Shown here in pieces: positions 40,113 through 48,402 of a stretch of 64,000 bases of DNA (the stretch's first letter is position 1; every line of letters starts with the position of its first letter). Position numbers and translations under genes: made by a program. The notes beneath the pieces were generated by a model. The model saw only the letters and a program-made list of their open reading frames with translations, was not told the origin of the DNA and searched no databases. Source of the stretch: Rhodothermales bacterium (GTDB lineage Bacteria; Bacteroidota; Rhodothermia; Rhodothermales; Bin80). The stretch spans positions 1,501,058-1,565,057 of the forward strand of contig OX638318.1 in NCBI GenBank assembly GCA_951812585.1. Direction: 5' to 3'.

Positions 40113-41063
40113 GTGAAGCGACTCTCGATTGAGTCTCTGGAGCAACGCTGGAGAGGCTTTGCCCGCTCCAAGCGCGGCCAGCGCATTACGCGCACGGCCC
40201 GCACGGTGTTTATCGGCGGCATCATTGCATACCTGGCCTGGAAGCTTCGAGACGTTGGATTGGCCGAGGTGGCCCGCGGCTTGCCGCTGAAGCCGCACTT
40301 TTATGCACTCCTCTTGGTGGTGTACTTCATCTTGCCGGCTTCCCAGATCCTGGCATACCGTGTTACTTGGGCCTTCGAGCTGAAGCAGGGCATCCCGGCA
40401 TTCATCCAGAAGCGGATACTAAACAAGGATGTACTGGGTTACTCGGGCGAGGTATTTCTCTTTACCTGGGCAAGCTCGCATGTCCAGGCCCCGTCTGTGG
40501 AGCTGATGAAAACCATTCGCGATCAGAACATTCTGTCATCAGCCGCTTCCACTCTGGTGGTCATCATACTGGTGGTCGTATTCAACTTTACAGGGCAAGT
40601 TACGCTGACAGATCTGGTCGGAGAAAGGGAAACCGGGACCATGGTGGCGGGCGGCGCCGTCCTCGTCATTGTGCTGGCGATCATGCTGCGCATCTGGAAA
40701 TACCTGTTCGCCATGCCCTGGCGACCTGCGTCCATGGTGTTCAGTGTGCATGTGGCACGTGTCTTGCTAAGGCAAGCGGCAGAGATCGCCATGTGGCATA
40801 TTGCAATGCCGGAGGTGCCGATCACGGTCTGGTTCACCTACGCGGCGTTGACGCTCATTGTGACGCGTATTCCCTTTGTACCGGCTGCAGATCTTTTGGT
40901 AATGAGTATAGCGGTTGGACTTTCTAGTGTGGTAGGCGTCTCGGAAGCACAGATCTACGCGCTGTTTGGCGCGGTCGCGGTGGTGCACCGGGGCATCAAT
41001 TTGCTGTTCTTTGCGACCTTGCCGGCACTTGACCGTGGCGCAAGGAAGGCAGCGTCCCAGTGA
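40113..41063 (+). CDS. Polytopic membrane protein, possibly lysylphosphatidylglycerol synthase TM / flippase-like
   Basis: Roughly 8 hydrophobic segments; N.....YSGE motif, late HRG motif. Confidence 0.55.
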   Translation: MKRLSIESLEQRWRGFARSKRGQRITRTARTVFIGGIIAYLAWKLRDVGLAEVARGLPLKPHFYALLLVVYFILPASQILAYRVTWAFELKQGIPAFIQKRILNKDVLGYSGEVFLFTWASSHVQAPSVELMKTIRDQNILSSAASTLVVIILVVVFNFTGQVTLTDLVGERETGTMVAGGAVLVIVLAIMLRIWKYLFAMPWRPASMVFSVHVARVLLRQAAEIAMWHIAMPEVPITVWFTYAALTLIVTRIPFVPAADLLVMSIAVGLSSVVGVSEAQIYALFGAVAVVHRGINLLFFATLPALDRGARKAASQ

Positions 41064-41097
41064 CTAATCGCGCGCCCGGCGCGGCCAAGTAGAGAAG

Positions 41098-41841
41098 ATG
41101 CGGAGATTATTGCAGAGATGCGAGGATAGCGTCGTCAGGCGCCTGCGTCAGGCGGCGCTTGTCGGCATGCTTTGCGCCATAAGCGCAGCGTACGCGCCGG
41201 CCCAGCCCATAATCGTGGAAGACTTTTCGTACGATGAGGCGGTTCCGACGCATTGGCGCACCTTGTCGCGAATCAGCCGCTCGGCGCAGCCGCTGCCGAC
41301 CGTGCTGCAGCGTGACGACGACTATGTGGAGGTGGTCACATTGCAGGGAGAGAAGGTGCTGCGCGTATACACGCGCGACGAGACGGTGCAAGTGGCGCGC
41401 GTGAACGGCGAGGAGGGATTCGACTGGGATATCAGCGTGCACCCGGTGCTCTCCTGGCGCTGGCGCGCGGATCGGCTACCGAGCGGCGCACGTGAAACCA
41501 AAAAAGACCTGAACGATACGGGCGCCGCCGTCTACGTATCGTTCAACTGCAATGACTGGCTAGGACGCCTTTGCACCCTCAAGTATACATACAGCTCGAC
41601 GCTTCCGGTAGGCACAACCGCACGCTATGGACCGCTACGCGTTTTGGTTGTGTCGAGTGCCATGGATGGGCTGGGGCGCTGGCTGAACATCGAGCGAAAC
41701 GTGCGCAAGGACTTCAAGGCACTGTTCGGCAAGGAGGCACCTGACAGGCCCCTGTTCATCATGGTCTGGGGGGACACTGATAACACCCACGGAGTGTCGG
41801 ATGCGTACTTTGACACCATTGCGATAAGCCCAGGCAGCTGA
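41098..41841 (+). CDS. DUF3047 domain exported protein
   Basis: PVLSWRWRADRLP.GARE...NDTGAAVYVSF, LKYTYSS.LPVG, ERNVRKDFKALFG, DTDNT. Confidence 0.85.
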   Translation: MRRLLQRCEDSVVRRLRQAALVGMLCAISAAYAPAQPIIVEDFSYDEAVPTHWRTLSRISRSAQPLPTVLQRDDDYVEVVTLQGEKVLRVYTRDETVQVARVNGEEGFDWDISVHPVLSWRWRADRLPSGARETKKDLNDTGAAVYVSFNCNDWLGRLCTLKYTYSSTLPVGTTARYGPLRVLVVSSAMDGLGRWLNIERNVRKDFKALFGKEAPDRPLFIMVWGDTDNTHGVSDAYFDTIAISPGS

Positions 41842-41843
41842 CC

Positions 41844-44369
41844 ATGGAGCACATCTTCAGGTCGTTGCGGCCCATGTTCGTGGCGGTGACGCGCCGGCCC
41901 CTCATGGTAATCGGCATCGCTGTCGTGATGACCGTCGTGAGTCTGATGCTGGCGCGCAATCTCGTCATCGATCCTGACTTCGCAAATCTCCTGCCAGGGC
42001 ATTACCCCAGCGTGCAGGCCCTGGAGCGCATGCGGACGACCGTGGGGGGAGGCGATGTATCGGTAGATCTGGCTATCGAAAGCCCGTCTTTTGAGGCCAA
42101 TGTCGCCTTTGGAGAAGCGCTGGTGCCGGAAGCCTTGGCACTGCGCGAACCCAAGAGCGGCGAGCCCTTCTTTGTGCGCGCGGAGCTTCGACGCGACACG
42201 GAGTTCTTGCGGGACAACGGTCTCTACTTTGCAACAGCGCAGGAGCTCGATGAGGTGGTGTCCGGCCTGGAGGACGCGATTTACGAGGCCAAGCTGGAAG
42301 CCAATCCGTTCTTCTTTGACTTGGAGGAGGATTTGGAGGAGGAAGAAGAAGCGCAGGATGGCGCCGAGCTGCGTACCACCTTTGAGCGGATAGTGGGCAA
42401 GGAATACTACGTCTCGGAAGACAGCACCGTGCTGGTTGTACGCTTCTTTACAGCCGGCTCACTAACGGATGTCGGATACATAGAAACGCTCTACGGTGCA
42501 CTGGAGCAAACAATTGCCCAGCTGAATCCAACCTCATACCATGCACAGCTCAGTACGGTGCTAGGTGGGCGCCTTTGGCGTCATCGTGTGGAGGTGAGGA
42601 CGATCACGGATGATGTGCTTGGGTCTTTTGGTGCAGGGCTATTGGCGGTGCTCTTCACCATCATGGCCTACTTCTTCTACAAGGCATGCCAGACGCGGGG
42701 TCGCCAGTTTCTCACGCGGCGCGTGGTTCTGCTTGAGCTTGCCCGCGCACCGCTGACGGCACTCCTTATTGGCATTCCGCTTTTTGCTAGCCTGACATGG
42801 ACAGCAGCGGTGGCGTATCTGTCCTTCGACACGTTGAATCTGCTCAGCTCTACACTGGGCCTGGTGCTTTTTGGCCTAGGCATAGACTACGGCATCCATT
42901 TCTATGCGCGCTACATCGAGGAGCGGGTGGCGCATGATCCCGGCGAAGCGGCAGTGCGTACCGTGATGAGCACCGGACAGGCCATTGCAGTAGGCGCGCT
43001 GACTACGGCAGCGGCCCTCTACGCGCTTGTTATAGCAGACTTCAAGGGATTCAGCCAGTTTGGATTCATCGCCGGCTGTGGTGTGCTCTTGGCGCTTCTG
43101 GCGATGCTCATGGTGCTTCCCGCGCTGCTCTTAACCCTTGAGCGTGCCGGTCTTGTGGCGTATGCGCGGACCGGAGCACCGCTGGCAAGCCGCCGGGGCC
43201 GATTGCCCGGCGCGCGCGGCATGCTGGCAGGCTGCGTAGTCGCAGTGGTGCTGGCGCTGACCCAGGCGCCCGGCGTGACGTTCGAATACCGGTTCGGAGA
43301 ACTGGAACCGACCTACAAGGACTGGATACAGATTGCTACCAAGGTGCAGCGGGCTTTCTACGAGCAAGGGCGACGCAACCCAGCGTATATCGTGGTAGAT
43401 GATCCAACACAGACCCAGGCGGTTGTCGCAGCGCTGCGCAGCAAGATGGAGAACGACACAATGGTACATGTGGTCGACACGGATACCTTCACCACCACCA
43501 TACAATCTGTAGAATCGCTGCAGGAGCGGTTTCCTGTGGAAGCCGAGGAGCAGCACAGAAAGCTGCTCCGTATCGCCTACATCCGTGATACACTCCTGGC
43601 GGATCCGCTGATAGGCACCAGCGATGACATTCAAGCCCTGCGCCGGGCAGCGCAAACGCGCATGCCGATCGCCTTGGATCACATACCAGACCTTCTGCGT
43701 CAGCGGTTTACGTCGAAGTCGGGCGAGATCGGCAACTTTGTGACGATATACCCGGCCATCGGCCTGTCCGACGGGCGTAAGTCTATCGCCTTCGCAGAAG
43801 ACATAGGCGAGGTCACGACGGCGGATGGCGCGAAATTCTATGCGGGATCGTCGTCAATTGTGGCCGCTGATATGCTTCGCCTGATGCAGAAGGAAGCGCC
43901 GTACATGGTACTTGTTGCGCTCGTCATGGTCATGCTACTCATGTGGGCCAACTTTCTGCGTGTGCGCCTGGCACTGTTGGCGCTATTGCCGCTCTTGGTG
44001 GGTGTGCTGTGGATGCTACTGGCCATGAAGGTGATAGGCCTGAGCTTGAATTTCTACAACCTGGTGGTGATACCCGCGGTGATCGGCATCGGGAACGATG
44101 CCGGGGCCCATCTGGTGCATCGCTACCAGGAAGAGGGGCGTGTCCTAAAGGTGCTGCGATCTACGGGGGAGCATGTAACCATGGGTGCTCTGACGACGAT
44201 GGTGGGCTTTTCCGGGTTGCTCTTGAGCTTCCACCCTGGGCTGAATACGGTCGGGGCGCTGGCGCTGGTAGGCATCGGTACAACGCTGCTGGCCGCCCTT
44301 CTGCTCTTGCCGGCAATGCTGCAGGTGTTGGAAGACCGGCGCACAGAGAAGCAGGCCGCAGTGGGTTAG
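41844..44369 (+). CDS. MMPL/RND-family transporter
   Basis: Two TM repeats with GLGIDYGIHFYARY and GIGNDAGAHLVHRY, large periplasmic loops. Confidence 0.92.
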   Translation: MEHIFRSLRPMFVAVTRRPLMVIGIAVVMTVVSLMLARNLVIDPDFANLLPGHYPSVQALERMRTTVGGGDVSVDLAIESPSFEANVAFGEALVPEALALREPKSGEPFFVRAELRRDTEFLRDNGLYFATAQELDEVVSGLEDAIYEAKLEANPFFFDLEEDLEEEEEAQDGAELRTTFERIVGKEYYVSEDSTVLVVRFFTAGSLTDVGYIETLYGALEQTIAQLNPTSYHAQLSTVLGGRLWRHRVEVRTITDDVLGSFGAGLLAVLFTIMAYFFYKACQTRGRQFLTRRVVLLELARAPLTALLIGIPLFASLTWTAAVAYLSFDTLNLLSSTLGLVLFGLGIDYGIHFYARYIEERVAHDPGEAAVRTVMSTGQAIAVGALTTAAALYALVIADFKGFSQFGFIAGCGVLLALLAMLMVLPALLLTLERAGLVAYARTGAPLASRRGRLPGARGMLAGCVVAVVLALTQAPGVTFEYRFGELEPTYKDWIQIATKVQRAFYEQGRRNPAYIVVDDPTQTQAVVAALRSKMENDTMVHVVDTDTFTTTIQSVESLQERFPVEAEEQHRKLLRIAYIRDTLLADPLIGTSDDIQALRRAAQTRMPIALDHIPDLLRQRFTSKSGEIGNFVTIYPAIGLSDGRKSIAFAEDIGEVTTADGAKFYAGSSSIVAADMLRLMQKEAPYMVLVALVMVMLLMWANFLRVRLALLALLPLLVGVLWMLLAMKVIGLSLNFYNLVVIPAVIGIGNDAGAHLVHRYQEEGRVLKVLRSTGEHVTMGALTTMVGFSGLLLSFHPGLNTVGALALVGIGTTLLAALLLLPAMLQVLEDRRTEKQAAVG

Positions 44370-44550
44370 TCGCCCGGTTCAGTTTAGCAGCCGGGCGAGT
44401 CGCCAAAGGCGGCGGCCTTGCCTCCGCGGCATGGTGGATGTTTCCGCAGCACCACTACCAGCGCAGCTGGCTGCAGATTTGCGGAACGCCCGAAAAAAGC
44501 GTATGTATTATGCAATGTCCCTGCCACCTGCGAATTACACAGTGATCGCC

Positions 44551-45750
44551 ATGAAACGGATCACCTTACTAGTTGCCCTCTTTGTGATGGTTGCTGCCGT
44601 TGCGCCTGCGGCCTCGGCGCAGCTGCGCAGGGCCGAACGTGCGCTCAGTGACCTGAATTACGAAGAGGCCCATGCCATCGTCGAGGCGTACATAGCAGAG
44701 AAGCCGGAGGAACACAGAGCCTATGAACTGCTCGCGAGGCTGCACAAGGCGCAGGCTGACACCACGGACTGGGAGGTATACCTGGTGCACACGGAGGGCA
44801 TGGCAGCGGCCTATCGCAAGGTGCTGGAATTGCGTCCCCGCGATCCGGGCCAGGTAGGTCGGGAGCTGCTGCTGGCGTATCAAAACGCCTTCATGGGTGG
44901 CGTGGATGCGTTTAACGAAGCGCAAGCAGTGGCCGATGATGCATCGCGGGAGATGCTTTTCATGCAGGCAAGCTATCAGTTCCAGGCAGCCGCGCTGGTG
45001 ATGCCGGACTCTCTTGATCCGCATCTGAATTGGGCTTTTGCAGCCATTAGCGGCGGAGACCAGGAGCGTGCTATTGGTCCGCTCAAGAAAGCGCTGGAAA
45101 TGGGCCAGCCGGAGATAGACTGGTACGTCTATCTCGGGCGGATATACATTACCAGCGAGCGTGTGGAGGAAGCCGTGGACGTGCTGGAGGAAGGCGTTGA
45201 AACGTTTGGTGACAACGAGGATCTGCAAAGCCTGCTGCTGGCAGCGTACGCTGAGACGGGCCAGCACGACCGTGCTATTGAGCGCTACCGCGACCGAGCG
45301 GTAGCTATGCCCGATGACAGGATTACGCGCTACAATCTGGGCTCTCTCCTTTTGCAATCCGAGCAGTACGACGAAGCCATAGAGCATCTGCAGGCAGCAG
45401 TCGGCATTGATAGCACACACATCGATTCGCACTACAATCTGGGCGCGGCCTATATCAACAAGGCTACGGAGGTACAGGAAGAAGCTGTCGCGCTTGACGA
45501 GGCCTTGCGCGCGCAGCGCGATTCCCTTTCACAGGAAGAAATTGACGCGCGCCAGGAGGAAATCTTCGCGGTCGAAGACATCAAACGCGGGCTGATGGCC
45601 GAGGCCATCCCGTATCTTGAACGTGCCCGGGAGCTGGCAGTCGCGACAGGCAACGATCCTTCGGCCACCTGTCGGGCACTTTACCAGGCATACGCCCAGA
45701 CGGATCAGATGGAGAAGCTAGCGGGTGTCGAAGCCTGTGCAGGCTACTAG
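44551..45750 (+). CDS. Exported tetratricopeptide-repeat protein
   Basis: Signal peptide MKRITLLVALFVMVAAVAPAASA; YNLG..L/Y TPR motifs. Confidence 0.85.
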   Translation: MKRITLLVALFVMVAAVAPAASAQLRRAERALSDLNYEEAHAIVEAYIAEKPEEHRAYELLARLHKAQADTTDWEVYLVHTEGMAAAYRKVLELRPRDPGQVGRELLLAYQNAFMGGVDAFNEAQAVADDASREMLFMQASYQFQAAALVMPDSLDPHLNWAFAAISGGDQERAIGPLKKALEMGQPEIDWYVYLGRIYITSERVEEAVDVLEEGVETFGDNEDLQSLLLAAYAETGQHDRAIERYRDRAVAMPDDRITRYNLGSLLLQSEQYDEAIEHLQAAVGIDSTHIDSHYNLGAAYINKATEVQEEAVALDEALRAQRDSLSQEEIDARQEEIFAVEDIKRGLMAEAIPYLERARELAVATGNDPSATCRALYQAYAQTDQMEKLAGVEACAGY

Positions 45751-45902
45751 TCTGCCGGCTGCACAGCAGCACTGACCAGACGCTGTCCCGCGGGATCCTG
45801 CAACAGGGTTCCTGCCATGTATCCGCGTTTCTGATTTTCGCGCCGCAGGCCGCTTAGCGTGTAGACGTTGCTTTTGAGCCTGTTGCATGGGCCAAGTATG
45901 AA

Positions 45903-47042
45903 CTAGGGCGCGGTGGCGTTTTTTGGAGGATGCGAAGGCAGCGCAGCATCCATGCGGTACGACCGCAGACTACTCAGCGTCCGCACGAAGCGGGCGGCAA
46001 TGGCGTCCCATCGGTACAGCGCAAGCGTATGCTGGCGTGCCTGAATCCGCAGTGAGCGAAGGGTAGACGGGTTATCCAACAGGTGTGTAATGATGTGCAC
46101 AAATCCATCCGCGTCGCCGCTCTCGACCAAGTGGCCGTTCACGCCTTCCGAGATAACATCCCTGATGCCCTCCAGCCGTGCCGCAACGGCGGGCAGGCCG
46201 CAAGCTCCAGCCTCCAGCATCACAATGCCGAAGCCCTCCATGTCGCCGGGCACCGGGATGTTCGGCACCACCAGTAGGTCTGCCTGGGCATAAAGGCGCT
46301 GCAATGCTGCGTCAGAGAGCCGCCCCAAAAGACGTACACGATCTGCAACCCGTGCGTGGCGGATCGCTTGCATGATGCGTTGCCGCTCCGGTCCGTCTCC
46401 GCCGACATGGTAATGTACACAGGCAGGCAGGCGCGGCATCACGGTGCGGATAAACCATTCAAAACCCTTGCGGCGCACCAGGCGCCCAACGCTGCAAAGG
46501 AGCAGAGTGTTCGAAGCGGAACCTTGATGTTCACGCATAGCAAATCGCTTCACATTGACACCGTTGGGAATAACGTGAATTCGGGACTCGGGCATGCCGC
46601 GCAAAGCACACGCCGCGCCCGTGGCACGGCTTACGGGCAGGACCGCATCAAGCGCACGCAGCGTGCGCCGAACAACAAGCCCCTGGTACGGGCCTTTCTG
46701 GGTGACATCTTTGCCGTGGGCGATGGCCGCCAGGACGACGCCGCGCCGCGCCGCTGCGCGCCGCACAAATGGGCTCAAAGCGGCGGTTACCATCGAAGAA
46801 AAGAGCACGGCGTCCACCTCGCCGCGCCGGACCTTCCGCCAGATGTGCACCATGGTGGGGCCGAGCCAAAGCGCACATTGGAGGTGATGCCATCGCCAGG
46901 CCGAGCGCAGCACCAGGCGGCTGACCAATACGTGCGCGGGGAGCGCATCCGACAGCTCTACGGCGACGCGCTGCATGCCGCCGATGCTGGCCAAGGGGCG
47001 GTCTCTGGGCGGAAAGGAATGCGATACGAACAGCAGCCGCAC
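45903..47042 (-). CDS. Glycosyltransferase family 4
   Basis: GGMQ, IPNGV, VGRLVRRKG, EGFGIVMLEAGACGLP. Confidence 0.93.
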   Translation of the reverse strand: MRLLFVSHSFPPRDRPLASIGGMQRVAVELSDALPAHVLVSRLVLRSAWRWHHLQCALWLGPTMVHIWRKVRRGEVDAVLFSSMVTAALSPFVRRAAARRGVVLAAIAHGKDVTQKGPYQGLVVRRTLRALDAVLPVSRATGAACALRGMPESRIHVIPNGVNVKRFAMREHQGSASNTLLLCSVGRLVRRKGFEWFIRTVMPRLPACVHYHVGGDGPERQRIMQAIRHARVADRVRLLGRLSDAALQRLYAQADLLVVPNIPVPGDMEGFGIVMLEAGACGLPAVAARLEGIRDVISEGVNGHLVESGDADGFVHIITHLLDNPSTLRSLRIQARQHTLALYRWDAIAARFVRTLSSLRSYRMDAALPSHPPKNATAP

Positions 47043-47048
47043 GTCAGC

Positions 47049-48344
47049 CTAAGCCGCTGCACCGGCAGCGATGCGCTTGGGTACTGCGTGGCCAGCGCCA
47101 TTATGCTGGGGGTGCCAGATATCGTGGTAGAATGCCGCCATGCGGGCCATCACCTGGTCCCAGTCAAATAGCAAGGCGCGTGCACGCGCACGGGATCCCA
47201 TGGTCTGCCGGAGCATGGGGCTGGACAATAGGCGCGCAACCTTTTCTACGAAATCGCTGCTGTCGCCGGGCGTAGCAAGAAAACCCGTGTCGCCCTCCAC
47301 CACGAGTGCGTCGCTGCCCGCAGCATTGGCGCAAACCGCAGGAAGTCCCGAGGCCATGGCCTCCAGCGTCACATTGCCGAAGGTCTCAGTGTCGCTGGGA
47401 AACAGAAACACATCGGAAGACGCATATGCCGTCGGAAGATGATCCCTGGCAATCGTGCCCGTGAAAATAGTGTTGGGCAAGCGTTCAGCAAGCCGCTTGT
47501 AGGCGGGACCGTCTCCCACTATCATGCTGCGGTGCGAGATGCCGCGGGCCTCCAGGCCGCGGATCGTATCCGCAAACACCGCCAGGCCTTTCTCCCAGAC
47601 CAGGCGGCCTACGTAGGTCACCACGACCTCATGGTCCTGGATACCTGCAGTGCTTCTCCAGGTCGCGCTTCGACGCGCCGGATTGAATTGCTCCGGATCG
47701 ACTCCGCGCGGCCACAAACGAAGGCCGTTGGAGATGCCGCGTGCACGGAGTTCGTCCGCGATGGATTCCGAAGGGACATAGATGTGCTGACATTTAGGGT
47801 AGAACCACCGGCCATATCGCCATGCCGTCGTTTCCAGCAGATCTATCCGGTAGAAACGATGGTACGAAGGGAAGTATTTCAGGTAAGCACTAAAGTGCGT
47901 GTGAAACGACGCCACCACGGGAATCTTGTGCGTGCCGGCCCACTGCAACGCCTGCGCGCCCAGGTAGTCGGGCGAAGCAATGTGAACCAGATCGGGCGCG
48001 AAAGCCTCCAGGCGTGTGCGCCCTTTGCGTGGAAGCCCGAGCGACAATCGGTAGTCACTGCGACCAGGCCAAGGCACCGAAGGCACAGACACCAGCGTGC
48101 CGGCGTGCTTAAATGGCGGGGGTTCCTTGGATGTTGGGGCGAAAATCAGAACATCCGCTCCTTGTCCCTCGAGGTAGGAGACCAAACGGTTCAGCGTGAG
48201 CGTAACCCCGTCAGAGATGTGGTTGTAGGCACCAGCAAACAGGGCGATGTGCCTGCCCGCTATGCTTCCCGCGTTGCCCGTGATGTCCGGCCGGGTCATG
48301 GTGCCCAAATCCAACGGCGTTTTACTCGGCGCAGTCCTATGCAT
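47049..48344 (-). CDS. Glycosyltransferase family 4 (MgtA/PimB-like glycolipid GT)
   Basis: DGV..TL.RL, SFHT.F..Y, WPRGVD, VGRLVWEKG, ETFGNVTLEAMASGLP. Confidence 0.92.
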   Translation of the reverse strand: MHRTAPSKTPLDLGTMTRPDITGNAGSIAGRHIALFAGAYNHISDGVTLTLNRLVSYLEGQGADVLIFAPTSKEPPPFKHAGTLVSVPSVPWPGRSDYRLSLGLPRKGRTRLEAFAPDLVHIASPDYLGAQALQWAGTHKIPVVASFHTHFSAYLKYFPSYHRFYRIDLLETTAWRYGRWFYPKCQHIYVPSESIADELRARGISNGLRLWPRGVDPEQFNPARRSATWRSTAGIQDHEVVVTYVGRLVWEKGLAVFADTIRGLEARGISHRSMIVGDGPAYKRLAERLPNTIFTGTIARDHLPTAYASSDVFLFPSDTETFGNVTLEAMASGLPAVCANAAGSDALVVEGDTGFLATPGDSSDFVEKVARLLSSPMLRQTMGSRARARALLFDWDQVMARMAAFYHDIWHPQHNGAGHAVPKRIAAGAAA

Positions 48345-48402
48345 TGAACGCCGCCGAACAGGTGTATACCTCTCCCAGTGCTCCTCTAGCCGCCGTAAGC
48401 CA

